Shown here: positions 35,588-46,410 of the stretch, piece by piece
How the letters are laid out: every line of letters begins with the position of its first letter
Numbering within the stretch: the first letter of the stretch is position 1
Source of the DNA: Candidatus Saccharimonadota bacterium
Lineage (GTDB): Bacteria > Patescibacteriota > Saccharimonadia > Saccharimonadales > Saccharimonadaceae
Assembly (NCBI GenBank): GCA_024682595.1
Contig: JAIKZA010000008.1
Span: 10,697-74,696, forward strand
Direction: 5' to 3'
Length of the DNA stretch: 64,000 bases
The notes under the pieces: model-generated
The model's input: the letters and a program-made list of their open reading frames with translations, nothing else
Database searches by the model: none
Told to the model about the DNA's origin: nothing
Made by a program: the position numbers and the translations under genes

Positions 35588-36678
35588 AAAATGTCTTACA
35601 TATAGTTGGCGGTTTAGATCGCGGAGGTGCTGAAGCCTATATTATGAATACATTGCGCAATATTGACCGCAAAAAATATCGCTTTATTATTGCGACCTTT
35701 ATAGCGCCGTCGAACGGAGACAGATATGCATATCAAGATGAGTTAGAAACATTAGGTGTTGAAATAGTACGTTTGCGCGATACTCGTTTTTCTAATCCAA
35801 GGGACTTTGAAAAACAAATAGAGCTACTTGTTCGAAGACGAGGGATTAATATTGTACATAGTCATATAGATTTTATGTCTGCTCTAACTTTGGCTGGAGC
35901 AAAGCGTGGTGGCGCAGAAAAACTAATCGCCCATAGCCATAGTACAAATAATACTAAAATGAAATCACCTATTAAGAAGTTTATTTCTATTTTTCTAAAA
36001 CGTAAATTAAACAAACTAGCTACACAAAGAATCGGGTGCGGACAGGCGGCAGGAGAATTTCTATTCGGCAACAACCCTTTCACTGTCGTGCCTAACGGAA
36101 TAGATATTGAAAGATACAAATTTAGCGAATCTTTACGTAATAAATTGCGAGATCAATATGAGATTGATAAAAGCACCTCCGTATGGCTAACTATAGGTCG
36201 CTTAGAAGAAGTGAAGAATCAAGAATTTCTGATAGATTTACTAAAAGATCACTTCATTGATTCGAACGAAATACTTTTTATCATCGGAAACGGATCATTA
36301 CACGACAGCCTACAAAATCAAATCAATAATTCCAGCTTATCCAATCGAGTATATTTATTACCAGCGCGCGACGACGTGAACGAGTATTACTCGATGGCCG
36401 ACTTTTTCGTGCTACCTTCGCTTTTCGAGGGCGTTCCGACGGTCGGAATAGAAGCACAAGCAAATGGCTTAAAGTGTATTTTTAGCGATAGAGTCGCAAA
36501 AGAAGTATCCGTATCTGAAAATAATCTATTTTTACCGCTTGATCAGGATATTTGGGTAAAAGAATTGAAAAAGAAGCCAAAAGGCATTAAATATCGCAAT
36601 AATCTTCAAGACAAATTAATTCAGGCATACAATATAAAAATGACAGTAAAGAAACTGGAAGAAATATATGACATTTAA
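35584..36678 (+). CDS. GT4 glycosyltransferase
   Basis: VGGLDRGGAE N-terminus and FEGVPTVGIEAQANG motif. Confidence 0.8.
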   Translation: MKNVLHIVGGLDRGGAEAYIMNTLRNIDRKKYRFIIATFIAPSNGDRYAYQDELETLGVEIVRLRDTRFSNPRDFEKQIELLVRRRGINIVHSHIDFMSALTLAGAKRGGAEKLIAHSHSTNNTKMKSPIKKFISIFLKRKLNKLATQRIGCGQAAGEFLFGNNPFTVVPNGIDIERYKFSESLRNKLRDQYEIDKSTSVWLTIGRLEEVKNQEFLIDLLKDHFIDSNEILFIIGNGSLHDSLQNQINNSSLSNRVYLLPARDDVNEYYSMADFFVLPSLFEGVPTVGIEAQANGLKCIFSDRVAKEVSVSENNLFLPLDQDIWVKELKKKPKGIKYRNNLQDKLIQAYNIKMTVKKLEEIYDI

Positions 36679-37777
36679 TGCATTCACTAGTGTAATTATT
36701 TATTTCTTGGTTTTTTCAATGTCTACAGTATTGATGTATATAGGTAGTAAGAAAAAGCTAAAAACACTAACCATTCTTAGTTTATTAATTATTGTTATTT
36801 TCTCGGCAATCAGACTTGAAGCTGGTACCGACACGGCAACATATCGGACTTTTTATGAGCAAGTTTCAACTTCTACCATTGAACGAAGTATGGTTCGCTT
36901 AATGAGCGGCGAAATAGAGCCGTTCATTCTATTAACTGCTACAGTCGGCGGATTTTTAGGCCTTGATGCGTGGTTTATGTTCGGTATTTTTGCACTAATC
37001 ACTGTATTTTTCTCTTATAAGACCTCGCAAAAATTAGACAAAAAATACTATTGGGCTTTATATGGTGTATTGTTGATAATGGCTTTCCCTAATAGTTTAA
37101 ATACAATGAGGCAAATGGCAGCAATGAGTGTGCTTTCTTATTTGCTAAGCAGTATTATCGATTCCGTAATTAAGAAACAGAGAGTACATGTTACGAAAAT
37201 AGTTTTATTTTCACTATTTGCAATTTCATTACATTACTCATCCATAGCCTTATTGCCTATATTATTAGTTCCTTATATTGTTAATAAGTTCGGATATCAT
37301 AAAGCTTTTTACGTATTCGGGTTCTTGGCGATTTTTATCGTCACGCTCTATAAGCCCGCTTTATTAATATTAACTACCGTGCGCATTGTGTCACAAAAAC
37401 ATTACTACACATTCGTAGATACAAGCGGATCATTATTGAATTTCAATTTCTTAATATGCGGATCATTAGCCCTTATTGGCGCGTTACATTATCGACACCA
37501 TAAAAACGCTAACCCAGTAAACGAGCATATGTTACCAATCATTATGACAGGTGCAGCCTACTCGGCAATTGGTTTTTATTCAGGATATCTTGGGCGATTA
37601 GCTGATTTTTTCTGGCCCTTTGCAATATTTATGCTTTGGCAAATAATATCCGAGACAAAAGAACCTCCTTTAACTAAAATAGCGATAATCTATGCAATAG
37701 CTGCGGCATACTTCTTGTTGGCTTTCGTAATAATGGGAACAAATCAATTAATACCATACGATATTATAGGAGGATAA
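36668..37777 (+). CDS. EpsG-family polysaccharide polymerase (Wzy-like)
   Basis: About 10 TM helices and an RLEAGTDTATY motif typical of the EpsG family. Confidence 0.7.
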   Translation: MTFNAFTSVIIYFLVFSMSTVLMYIGSKKKLKTLTILSLLIIVIFSAIRLEAGTDTATYRTFYEQVSTSTIERSMVRLMSGEIEPFILLTATVGGFLGLDAWFMFGIFALITVFFSYKTSQKLDKKYYWALYGVLLIMAFPNSLNTMRQMAAMSVLSYLLSSIIDSVIKKQRVHVTKIVLFSLFAISLHYSSIALLPILLVPYIVNKFGYHKAFYVFGFLAIFIVTLYKPALLILTTVRIVSQKHYYTFVDTSGSLLNFNFLICGSLALIGALHYRHHKNANPVNEHMLPIIMTGAAYSAIGFYSGYLGRLADFFWPFAIFMLWQIISETKEPPLTKIAIIYAIAAAYFLLAFVIMGTNQLIPYDIIGG

Positions 37778-38680
37778 ATGGACAATAAAACAGTTGCGAC
37801 GATTGTAGTGACATATAATCGCAAGAAAATGCTTAAAGAATGCATTGAAGCTTTATTGAAGCAAACATACAAAAAGCAGCAAATATACATTATTGATAAT
37901 GCCAGTACGGATGGAACAAAAGATTATATAAAAAAATATATAGATAACAAGAAAGTATTTTATTACAATACCGGCAAGAACTCTGGTGGCGCTGGAGGCT
38001 TTAATTATGGCGTACGTGAAGCGCTAAAAAATAAGGTAGATTACGCGTGGCTAATGGACGACGATTCTATTGCCGAAGATAAGAACGCTCTAAAATCCCT
38101 AGTCGATAAAGCCGCTTTCCTTGAGGATAACTTCTCTTTCCTTTCAAGCATTGTAAAGTGGACCGATGGAAAGATATGCCAGCTAAATAAACAAACGCTA
38201 GACGGTGCTTGGGATGTAAATTTTGATAAAATAAACCATGGTTTGATTCCGGTAAAAACCGCTTCTTTCGTTTCATTTTTTGCTAATATGCAAGTCGTTA
38301 AAGAAGTCGGCCTACCGATTAAAGATTTCTTCATTTATTTCGATGACAACGAATATTCGCTTCGATTAAATAAGATTAAGCCGTCATACATTGATATTGA
38401 TAGTATTATGATTCATAAATCTCCAACCAATCAAAGCTCTTCAGTGACCTATTGCGACGAAAATAAGATTAATCGTCTATATATGCAATACAGAAATGAA
38501 GGTTATATTTTGCGCAAACATATCCCGATGCGCGACCATTTCAACTTTCGCTATAACTATATATTAAACGTATTGAGTGTATTGCGTTTTTCAAAAAATC
38601 ATAAAGCTAAACGAATTTGGTATTATACGAAAGGTAAAATAGCTGGTAGATTCTTTAACCCAAAAATTGAAATGGAATAA
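37778..38680 (+). CDS. GT2 glycosyltransferase (candidate galactofuranosyl- or rhamnosyltransferase)
   Basis: IVVTYNR, IDNASTDGT and LMDDD motifs. Lies next to glf. Confidence 0.8.
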   Translation: MDNKTVATIVVTYNRKKMLKECIEALLKQTYKKQQIYIIDNASTDGTKDYIKKYIDNKKVFYYNTGKNSGGAGGFNYGVREALKNKVDYAWLMDDDSIAEDKNALKSLVDKAAFLEDNFSFLSSIVKWTDGKICQLNKQTLDGAWDVNFDKINHGLIPVKTASFVSFFANMQVVKEVGLPIKDFFIYFDDNEYSLRLNKIKPSYIDIDSIMIHKSPTNQSSSVTYCDENKINRLYMQYRNEGYILRKHIPMRDHFNFRYNYILNVLSVLRFSKNHKAKRIWYYTKGKIAGRFFNPKIEME

Positions 38681-38715
38681 AAAATAACCCCTCTAGATGA
38701 GGGGCTATTCTTTTT
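38681..38715. terminator. Bidirectional terminator between the GT2 gene and glf
   Basis: CCCCTC/GAGGGG stem with a 5-nt loop and T-rich runs on both strands. Confidence 0.6.
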
Positions 38716-39811
38716 AAATATCTATATCTAATGCCTTCTTAATAACATCATCCATGTCATAATATTTATATTCAGCAAGGCGTCCACCAAATATAACATT
38801 TTCCTCTTTTTTCGCTAAATCACGATATTTCTCGGCTAGCTCATTATTCTTTTTATCATTAATAACATAGTAAGCTTCTTTTTCAGGATCATCCCAATCG
38901 TCTGGATACTCATATGTAATTACGGTTTTTGGTGACTCGGTTGATTCAAAATGTTTATGTTCAATAACGCGCGTATATTCCACTTCATGTCCGGTATAAT
39001 TAACTACCGCATTCCCTTGATGGTTTTCTTCATCGAGTATTTGCGTATCAAAGCGTAGCGAACGATATTCAAGACGCCCTAGTTTGAAATCAAAATACTC
39101 ATCAATCATACCCGTATAGATAATCTTCTTTGCTATATCTTTATATTCTGCCCTATTATCAAAGAAGTTAGTATTTAATCTTATCTCAACCCCATCTAAC
39201 ATACCCTCGACAAGTTTAGTGTATCCACCAATTGGTATTCCTTGGTATCGATCATTAAAGTAATTATTGTCGTAAATAAAACGCACAGGAAGACGTTTAA
39301 TAATATCGGCTGGCAGTTCAGTACAATCGCGGTGCCATTGTTTTTCTGTATAACCTTTAATTAGCTTTTCATAAATGCTGCGCCCAACTAGCGAAATCGC
39401 CTGTTCTTCAAGGTTTTGCGGGTCTTTGTCAGCCATTTCTTTGCGCTCCTCTTCGATGCGACGCTTTGCGTCTTCTGGCGTAAAAACATCGTCCCAAATT
39501 TTAGCGAATGTATTCATATTAAATGGCATATTATAGATTTCGTTGCCAATGCGAGCTACGGGCGAGTTAGTGTAGCGATTAAACTCTACGAAAGAGTTTA
39601 CAAACTCCCACACATCTTTGTAGTCCGTATGAAAGATATGGGCCCCATATTTATGAACATTAATTCCTTCGATTGTTTCAGTATAAACATTACCCGCGAT
39701 ATGATCGCGCTTGTCAATTACTAGTACCTTTTTACCAGCCTGTTTCGCTCGACATGCGACCGTGGCGCCAAATAGGCCAGCGCCAACAATTAGATAGTCG
39801 TATTTAGTCAT
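38714..39811 (-). CDS. glf: UDP-galactopyranose mutase
   Basis: YDYLIVGAGLFG FAD motif, HKYGAHIFHT and typical size. Confidence 0.9.
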   Translation of the reverse strand: MTKYDYLIVGAGLFGATVACRAKQAGKKVLVIDKRDHIAGNVYTETIEGINVHKYGAHIFHTDYKDVWEFVNSFVEFNRYTNSPVARIGNEIYNMPFNMNTFAKIWDDVFTPEDAKRRIEEERKEMADKDPQNLEEQAISLVGRSIYEKLIKGYTEKQWHRDCTELPADIIKRLPVRFIYDNNYFNDRYQGIPIGGYTKLVEGMLDGVEIRLNTNFFDNRAEYKDIAKKIIYTGMIDEYFDFKLGRLEYRSLRFDTQILDEENHQGNAVVNYTGHEVEYTRVIEHKHFESTESPKTVITYEYPDDWDDPEKEAYYVINDKKNNELAEKYRDLAKKEENVIFGGRLAEYKYYDMDDVIKKALDIDI

Positions 39812-40518
39812 TATTCATCCTCCTCAGTTATCAATTTTTCCGCAATAGCTATGTCTTTACTAGTTGTAATTTTAATATTGTCAGTATTGCCTTCAATTAT
39901 ATGCACTGTATGATTGTTATTAACAAAGATTGACGATAAATCAGATATCTTCGCCAGCTCTTCGGCCTTATATTTTTTGATACATTCCATAAAAATTTGA
40001 ATATTAAAAATTTGCGGAGATTCATCAGTATATAGCTTTTCGCGAGGAAATATCTTTTTAATATTGCCATCATCATCAGAAGAGATAATGTTTATTGCGA
40101 GAGGATTCGCGACGGAGATGGCTGGATATTTTTCGGATGATTCTATGGCATTTTTTAAAACCATCTCATCGATAAATGGCCTAACCGAATCATGAATCAT
40201 AAAACTGTCAGATTCTCCAGGATGGAAATTATCATTAATGAAGTTAATCCCGCCAAGGATTGAGTCAAAGCGATTATCGCCACCTTCGGTGATATAAATA
40301 TTTTTATTAAGCTCATACTCCGAAAGCAAGTCAGCCAAATAAACGCAATAACTCTTATTGCATACGATTACTATTTTATCTATCTTCTCTTGCTCAAGAA
40401 GTTTCTTCAGAGTACGAATTATGATTGGTTGGCCTTTAATACTGATAAATTGTTTAGGAACACCAGTATTTCCCATACGTGTCCCCTTCCCACCAGCTAA
40501 TAGTAATGTATATAACAT
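39811..40518 (-). CDS. IspD/TarI-family cytidylyltransferase (CDP-alcohol, probably CDP-ribitol, synthase)
   Basis: LLAGGKGTRMG..PKQF motif, 235 aa. Confidence 0.8.
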   Translation of the reverse strand: MLYTLLLAGGKGTRMGNTGVPKQFISIKGQPIIIRTLKKLLEQEKIDKIVIVCNKSYCVYLADLLSEYELNKNIYITEGGDNRFDSILGGINFINDNFHPGESDSFMIHDSVRPFIDEMVLKNAIESSEKYPAISVANPLAINIISSDDDGNIKKIFPREKLYTDESPQIFNIQIFMECIKKYKAEELAKISDLSSIFVNNNHTVHIIEGNTDNIKITTSKDIAIAEKLITEEDE

Positions 40519-40527
40519 GCTACTCCT

Positions 40528-41418
40528 TTATAACGTATAATCGTTTGCGTTAATTTCTTTTGACTTAACCTTTTTAATAAATTCTTTGTATGGAATTTTG
40601 GACGAAAAATACACGTCGCCATGCGTGTTCGGTGCGCGGGATGGCTTCATATAATCACCAAAATGCTGAGTTAAAATTTCATCATAAGTTAATGGCATAC
40701 TGATTGTAGTATCCTCAAAAGGTACTTCTTTGAATTTATGTAGACCTTTTTCTCTCATATAGTCTACCTCTTTGCCATAATTCACACTTAATGCGCCGAC
40801 TATACCATTGCCGCAACCATTATATTTACGTGCTATTTTTTCATATTTTGCAAAATATTTACTTGGCCCGCCATGAGCCCAAACAATAATACCAGCAAGA
40901 AGACGGCGTATCTTTTCTGAAGCTTTATTGGTATCGCGATAATAATTCCGCAACGTTCCGCCGATCATAAATAACTGGCGCTGTTGGCTTTTGCGTAATT
41001 TATCGTCGGCTGGATATTCATCTAGTGGAAAAATGTCTATAAAAATACCTTGGTTATAGTCGCGGTTTATGTCACTAATCATTACGCCAGTAGTGTCAGA
41101 ATTGCGCAATTGAGCATGACCGCGGAATAGCCTGTCGTTATAATCCGTTTGAAAAAAGTATGGTTCTTTAAATTCCGAATCAGCAATTTCACGAAGCTTA
41201 TCGTAATCTGATCGCGACATAGCTAAATCAATATCATCATCCCACGGAATATAGCCTTTATGGCGAATTGCGCCAAGCATAGTGCCGCCAAATGCAAAAT
41301 ATTTAAGGTGATATTTTTTGCAAACTCGCTTAAACTCTTCAAGCATTTGTAATTCAATTTTCCACACGTCGCGACGCTCTTTGGTAATTTTAAACGCTGC
41401 ACTCTTACTGCTTTTCAT
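40528..41418 (-). CDS. LicD-family phosphotransferase
   Basis: FGGTMLGAIRHKGYIPWDDDIDL motif. Confidence 0.85.
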   Translation of the reverse strand: MKSSKSAAFKITKERRDVWKIELQMLEEFKRVCKKYHLKYFAFGGTMLGAIRHKGYIPWDDDIDLAMSRSDYDKLREIADSEFKEPYFFQTDYNDRLFRGHAQLRNSDTTGVMISDINRDYNQGIFIDIFPLDEYPADDKLRKSQQRQLFMIGGTLRNYYRDTNKASEKIRRLLAGIIVWAHGGPSKYFAKYEKIARKYNGCGNGIVGALSVNYGKEVDYMREKGLHKFKEVPFEDTTISMPLTYDEILTQHFGDYMKPSRAPNTHGDVYFSSKIPYKEFIKKVKSKEINANDYTL

Positions 41419-42314
41419 AATTTCTGCGCGACCTCCTCTTTCTTATCTTTGTAGTATAAATAGCTATGCCTCGTATCGAAAAACGTTTTTCCATGCCCGG
41501 TGCCTATACCGACAGTTTTTAATTTCGGCGGAGTCATATAGTCTCCATAAAGTCTTGTTAAATACTCATCGTAATTTTTAGTTATTTTTGCTTCTAGATA
41601 TTCAAATGGCACTTTGATAAAGTTTCCTTTTTTCAGCCAAGATGTTTTTCTTAACTTAGTATATGGCCTGAAACCAAGTTTGCCACACTCCATCGTGTCT
41701 TCGTTATTATATTTTTGAATTAGTTTGGCGCAATATTTAATTAAATATCTAGGTTTAATAATAAACTGAAACATTTTTTTTGCCATATTCCCATCATCAT
41801 GGAGGAATAGGCGACGTATAAAACTAATTTTGTCTAGAAATTTTTTGCGTTTTGTGAGATTGTCTGGAACTTTATCGAGAGGAAAAATATCAATTGAAAT
41901 CCCGCAATTATAATTATATTGAAGATCGACTTTAATTATAGCCGTAGTGTCAGAGTGGCGCAATTGAGTATATTGTCGATAATATTCCGGTTCAGTACGT
42001 TCATTCTGAATAAAATAAGGTGGTTTTAGTTCTTTTTTGGCATATTTTAAAAATTTCTCATACTGATCGCGCATCAACGCTACATCGATATCATCATCCC
42101 ACGGCACATAGCCTTTATGGCGAATTGCGCCTAATAAGGACCCGCCATCGAGCGTATAGTTAATATTGTGGCGGTCACAAACTTTTGCAAATTGCTCAAA
42201 TAAATCCAGCTGAACTTGCCAGATTTCTTTCATCTCCTTCGAGACTAAGTAACCATCCCTAACTTCAGATTTTAAAGAGAGCTTTTTTACTCTTTTTTCT
42301 CTCTTTACATTCAT
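41415..42314 (-). CDS. LicD-family phosphotransferase (second copy)
   Basis: DGGSLLGAIRHKGYVPWDDDIDV motif. Confidence 0.85.
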   Translation of the reverse strand: MNVKREKRVKKLSLKSEVRDGYLVSKEMKEIWQVQLDLFEQFAKVCDRHNINYTLDGGSLLGAIRHKGYVPWDDDIDVALMRDQYEKFLKYAKKELKPPYFIQNERTEPEYYRQYTQLRHSDTTAIIKVDLQYNYNCGISIDIFPLDKVPDNLTKRKKFLDKISFIRRLFLHDDGNMAKKMFQFIIKPRYLIKYCAKLIQKYNNEDTMECGKLGFRPYTKLRKTSWLKKGNFIKVPFEYLEAKITKNYDEYLTRLYGDYMTPPKLKTVGIGTGHGKTFFDTRHSYLYYKDKKEEVAQKL

Positions 42315-42339
42315 AGTCGTATTATATCAAAAGAGGTAT

Positions 42340-43788
42340 CTAGCGTCTAACTATTTTATCTTTAACTTTTTGTATCTCATAGTCTAGAAAATGGTCATGA
42401 AGCATAAATCTTAGAACAATATAGTACACAACCGCACCGCATACGATTTTCGCAGCAACAACAATAATCGTAGGTGACGACAATAGATTATCCAGAAGGA
42501 AAAGAACCAAGAACATAACTACGCCGGAAATAAAATAGTTAATCATAGGCTTAAATACGATTTTGAGCGGCATATATTTCCTCAATAGCAAAACATGCAT
42601 AACGGTGATTACAATCTCTGCAATCAGAGAGCCGATAGCGGCGCCATAACTTGCTAAAATCGGTATCAAAATTAAGTTACAAACAATATTAACGGCGGCA
42701 CCCACCCATAAATAAACAGCTGTGCGTAAGCGTTTACCGATTGGAATTAGAAATTGCCCGCTAATACAGTTGCTTATCGCTATAATGAGTATAATTGGCG
42801 CAAAAAGCGGCAACAAGGTTTGAACTTTCTCGTAACCTTCGCCAAAAAATATCAAAGAAAAGGCTGACCCAACTGCAATAAGCCCAAACATCATAGGACA
42901 CGTGATCATATAAATAAAATGAAATGATGCTTTCATGCGATCTTGTATCTCTTTCTTTTTTCCTTTTCCATATAAAAAAGCCATGCGTGGCGCAATAACA
43001 GCATTTAATGATGTAATTATTATTAAACAAAGTTGAATTATTTTATAAGTTTGTTCATAATAACCGTTTTCCGCTTCGGAGCCAGTGATGAAACCGAGCA
43101 TAGTTTTGTCTAGAACTGTATATATAGACGTCGCAATTTGCGGAAGAAAATAAATGATTGAATCTTTCCAATATTTAAAGATGCGGATATCTTTTAGAAC
43201 TGGCTTATTAACAATTTTAGGGAGTTTAAACCATAATAATATTGACGATAGCAAGAGCGAAATACTATTAATTAACACATATATCGGTAAATCATTACTA
43301 GTATGCACAAATACAAATATTGCCACTACGCTACATAATTTTATAAAGATATTGCGGACAGAAATATATCGATACTCTTCTAGCCCACGATATAGCCAAG
43401 CCATATCAGCAACTGCCGCCACAATATTAATAGCCATTATCCATTGAACGCCAGGGTAACTACTAAAAAACGTGACGTAAATAACGTATGCCAAAAAAGA
43501 GATAGTTCCTACAATGGCCTGATAAAAGAAAAGATCCCAAAAAATTTTAGAATATGTTTTACGATCATCTTGATGAAGGGCAATTTCGCGCTGACCGAGG
43601 CTTCCTACGCCGATATTTGCCAATAATACAAAGTATGAAACAATCGACAAAACAAAACTATTAATACCAATATTTTCGACGCCTAAAATACGTGACAAAT
43701 ATGGTATCGTAACAAAAGGTACAATTACCAATAATACTTGGTAGGCGAGATTATATATATAATTTTTCTTGACACTTTTTTGGGTCAT
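42340..43788 (-). CDS. Wzx-type (MOP superfamily) polysaccharide flippase
   Basis: 482 aa, about 12-14 TM helices, located within the glycan locus. Confidence 0.8.
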   Translation of the reverse strand: MTQKSVKKNYIYNLAYQVLLVIVPFVTIPYLSRILGVENIGINSFVLSIVSYFVLLANIGVGSLGQREIALHQDDRKTYSKIFWDLFFYQAIVGTISFLAYVIYVTFFSSYPGVQWIMAINIVAAVADMAWLYRGLEEYRYISVRNIFIKLCSVVAIFVFVHTSNDLPIYVLINSISLLLSSILLWFKLPKIVNKPVLKDIRIFKYWKDSIIYFLPQIATSIYTVLDKTMLGFITGSEAENGYYEQTYKIIQLCLIIITSLNAVIAPRMAFLYGKGKKKEIQDRMKASFHFIYMITCPMMFGLIAVGSAFSLIFFGEGYEKVQTLLPLFAPIILIIAISNCISGQFLIPIGKRLRTAVYLWVGAAVNIVCNLILIPILASYGAAIGSLIAEIVITVMHVLLLRKYMPLKIVFKPMINYFISGVVMFLVLFLLDNLLSSPTIIVVAAKIVCGAVVYYIVLRFMLHDHFLDYEIQKVKDKIVRR

Positions 43789-43790
43789 AA

Positions 43791-44786
43791 TTAGATATGC
43801 TTATACCTCTCGCGCAAATAAAACGACAATGGGCGCGTTAGTAAATAATTACTGCCAGCAACAATACGCGATTTTATATCTTTTTTGAGAACTTCATATA
43901 TTTTTGGATGTGTTTTTTCTATATCCGTATAAAGGGTTTTAATATCTTGCGTCATGTTTTCATCATGAATTAATAGCAAAATGTCGAGATGATTAATTAT
44001 TAAGCCAGTTATTTGACGCGCTAAATAATAGTTTACGTTTGGCTGGAGTTGGTCTTCTATATCCTCATAAAAATCCAACATTTTGTCAAGTATTATGCGA
44101 TGGTTAACGCGGTTTTTGCGAAGTTTTTCCGGACTCGTACTCTGCCCTGGCATACCAACACGATATTGGTAAATGTCTAAGTCAAAATATATTGCTTTTT
44201 TAAGATATGGCGTAGGGAAAAACATATACTCAGCATCCGTATAAAAGCCTTTGTCTAACTTGACATGTTTTTTCATGATTTCCGTACGAAATATAGTGTG
44301 ATGCATACGAAGTGGTGGGCTCCAATGATATTCATAATCACTAAAGTCAAAAACCTCATTTGGGGTCATGTCGGTTTTGATGGTAGGATAATATTTTTGT
44401 TTACGCTGATGAAATGGCGTATAGTTTGCAAATACTACATCTACATCTATCTTTTTCAGTTTTTTAACCAATTTAGTGAAATCTTTAGGGTTTACCCAAT
44501 CATCCCCATCGACCATACGGAAATATTTACCCGTAGCGTTTTTAATACCATTATTAACAGTTGCACCAGGACCAGCATTTTTCTGTGTAATGACTTTAAT
44601 GGACTTTGGATATTTTTTTGCATATTTCTCTGCTCTTTCGGCAGTATCATCCGTCGACCCGTCATTTATAACCAGAATCTCCACATCATCAATAACGTCG
44701 GAATCGCAAAATGATTTTAGATTATCTTCAATCATTTCACCAAGATTATAAGCCGCTACCGAAACGGATAGTATTTTTTCGGACAT
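43791..44786 (-). CDS. GT2 glycosyltransferase
   Basis: LSVSVAAYN, INDGSTDDT and VDGDDW motifs. Confidence 0.85.
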   Translation of the reverse strand: MSEKILSVSVAAYNLGEMIEDNLKSFCDSDVIDDVEILVINDGSTDDTAERAEKYAKKYPKSIKVITQKNAGPGATVNNGIKNATGKYFRMVDGDDWVNPKDFTKLVKKLKKIDVDVVFANYTPFHQRKQKYYPTIKTDMTPNEVFDFSDYEYHWSPPLRMHHTIFRTEIMKKHVKLDKGFYTDAEYMFFPTPYLKKAIYFDLDIYQYRVGMPGQSTSPEKLRKNRVNHRIILDKMLDFYEDIEDQLQPNVNYYLARQITGLIINHLDILLLIHDENMTQDIKTLYTDIEKTHPKIYEVLKKDIKSRIVAGSNYLLTRPLSFYLRERYKHI

Positions 44787-45361
44787 TATTTCTCCGTACT
44801 GAAATCAAATTTAATGAAGATAATCACGGCAGCTAGTGCAACCATCGCAAAAGTAGCAACAATGCCCATGAATATGTCTTTTTTTAAGTTTGTGCTTGCA
44901 GCGGCTTGCTGATCGATTTGAAGAATAGTAATTTCATATTTGTCAGCATCACTATATACGCCATCAACTAATGAACGGATATTTTCGCTTATTTTTTTAA
45001 TATTTTCTACAGCGGTATCCGCATCGCTTTCAGTGTTGGTAATTGTAAAGACGCCTCGATTTGATTCTTTCACTTCTATATGGCTAGCAATATCTTTAAG
45101 GCCTATTCTTTCTTCGATAAGTATGTCGCTAGTTAGAATTTCTTTAAATTGAACGTATGGCGAAACGGCTGCGCCTTGATCTACTTCCGCGTTATATACC
45201 ATTACCTTAAGGTTTGCCGAATAGGTGACCTTTGAATTACTAATATATATATAACTGCCAATTAGACCTATTACGGCAAATACAACTATTAAAACCCAAT
45301 ATTTTCGAAGATATTTTAGGTAGTTTTTAAAGGTAAATTTGTTTTCTGAATTTTTAATCAT
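44786..45361 (-). CDS. Wzz/CpsC-like chain-length determinant (two TM helices, no kinase domain)
   Basis: N- and C-terminal TM helices flank a periplasmic-type domain. Located within the glycan locus. Confidence 0.65.
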   Translation of the reverse strand: MIKNSENKFTFKNYLKYLRKYWVLIVVFAVIGLIGSYIYISNSKVTYSANLKVMVYNAEVDQGAAVSPYVQFKEILTSDILIEERIGLKDIASHIEVKESNRGVFTITNTESDADTAVENIKKISENIRSLVDGVYSDADKYEITILQIDQQAAASTNLKKDIFMGIVATFAMVALAAVIIFIKFDFSTEK

Positions 45362-45365
45362 TTGA

Positions 45366-46370
45366 TTAATCCTTATTCTTCTTTAGATAATTAATTGTAT
45401 CGCGCATAGCATCATCAATAGTTAGTTCCGTATGCCAACCAAGTTCGGAGTTAGCTTTATGAGCATCAGCCCAGAATTCTGGTAAATCGCCAGCTCGACG
45501 CTCGATGATTTTATATGGCAACTTTTCATTGCTAGCTTTTTCAAATGCGTTAATAATCTCCATAACCGAAGATGGCTCGCCGGTGCCTAAATTATACACT
45601 TCTACGCCCTTCTTAAGATGATTTAGGCAAATTACGTGCCCTTTTGCTAGATCAACCACATGAATATAATCACGGCGACAAGTACCATCCGCGGTCGGAT
45701 AATCGTCCCCATAAACTGAGAGTTGATCAATTCTACCATCCCATACGCGCATTATAATAGGCATAAGATTGTTTGGGATTCCATTAGGATCCTCGCCAAG
45801 TAGACCAGATGGATGAGCGCCAACTGGATTGAAATATCTCAAAAGAATCGCTTCAAAATCTGGGTTAGAAGTTGCATAATCCTTAATTATTTCTTCAATA
45901 AAGTATTTAGTACGACCATATGGATTAGAAATACCAACTCCGGTCTGCATAGTCTCAATATACTCTGGCGAATCTTGAACACCATAAACAGTAGCCGACG
46001 ATGAGAAAATCAGTTTATTTACATGGTGATTTTGCATAGCTTTTAGCAGATTTATGGTGCCAGTAATATTATTATGAAAATAAAGAAGGGGTTTTTCAAC
46101 AGATTCACCCACAGCCTTGAGCCCCGCGAAATGTAAAACAGCGTCATATTCGTTTTGGTCGAATACTTTTTCAAGCTCTTCGTTATCTAGTAAATCGACT
46201 TTGTAGAAATTTGGTTTTTTGCCAGTAATCTCTTCTATCTTGTTAATAACCGTGCTTTTACTATTAAATAAATTATCAACAATATCCACCTCGTATCCGG
46301 CCTTAATCAACTCTACGACAGTATGAGAACCAATATATCCAGTACCACCAGTTGCTAAGATTTTATTCAT
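45366..46370 (-). CDS. galE: UDP-glucose 4-epimerase
   Basis: GGTGYIGSH, YGRTK catalytic motif and typical size. Confidence 0.9.
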   Translation of the reverse strand: MNKILATGGTGYIGSHTVVELIKAGYEVDIVDNLFNSKSTVINKIEEITGKKPNFYKVDLLDNEELEKVFDQNEYDAVLHFAGLKAVGESVEKPLLYFHNNITGTINLLKAMQNHHVNKLIFSSSATVYGVQDSPEYIETMQTGVGISNPYGRTKYFIEEIIKDYATSNPDFEAILLRYFNPVGAHPSGLLGEDPNGIPNNLMPIIMRVWDGRIDQLSVYGDDYPTADGTCRRDYIHVVDLAKGHVICLNHLKKGVEVYNLGTGEPSSVMEIINAFEKASNEKLPYKIIERRAGDLPEFWADAHKANSELGWHTELTIDDAMRDTINYLKKNKD

Positions 46371-46395
46371 ATTTATATTCTATCATATCTGTATA

Positions 46396-46404
46396 TGGTA
46401 AAAT
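46396..46404 (+). promoter_or_regulatory. Extended -10 promoter (TGGTAAAAT) 6 nt before the LCP gene ATG
   Basis: TGn plus TAAAAT at 46396-46404, ATG at 46411, no SD. Confidence 0.5.
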
Positions 46405-46410
46405 AATGTA

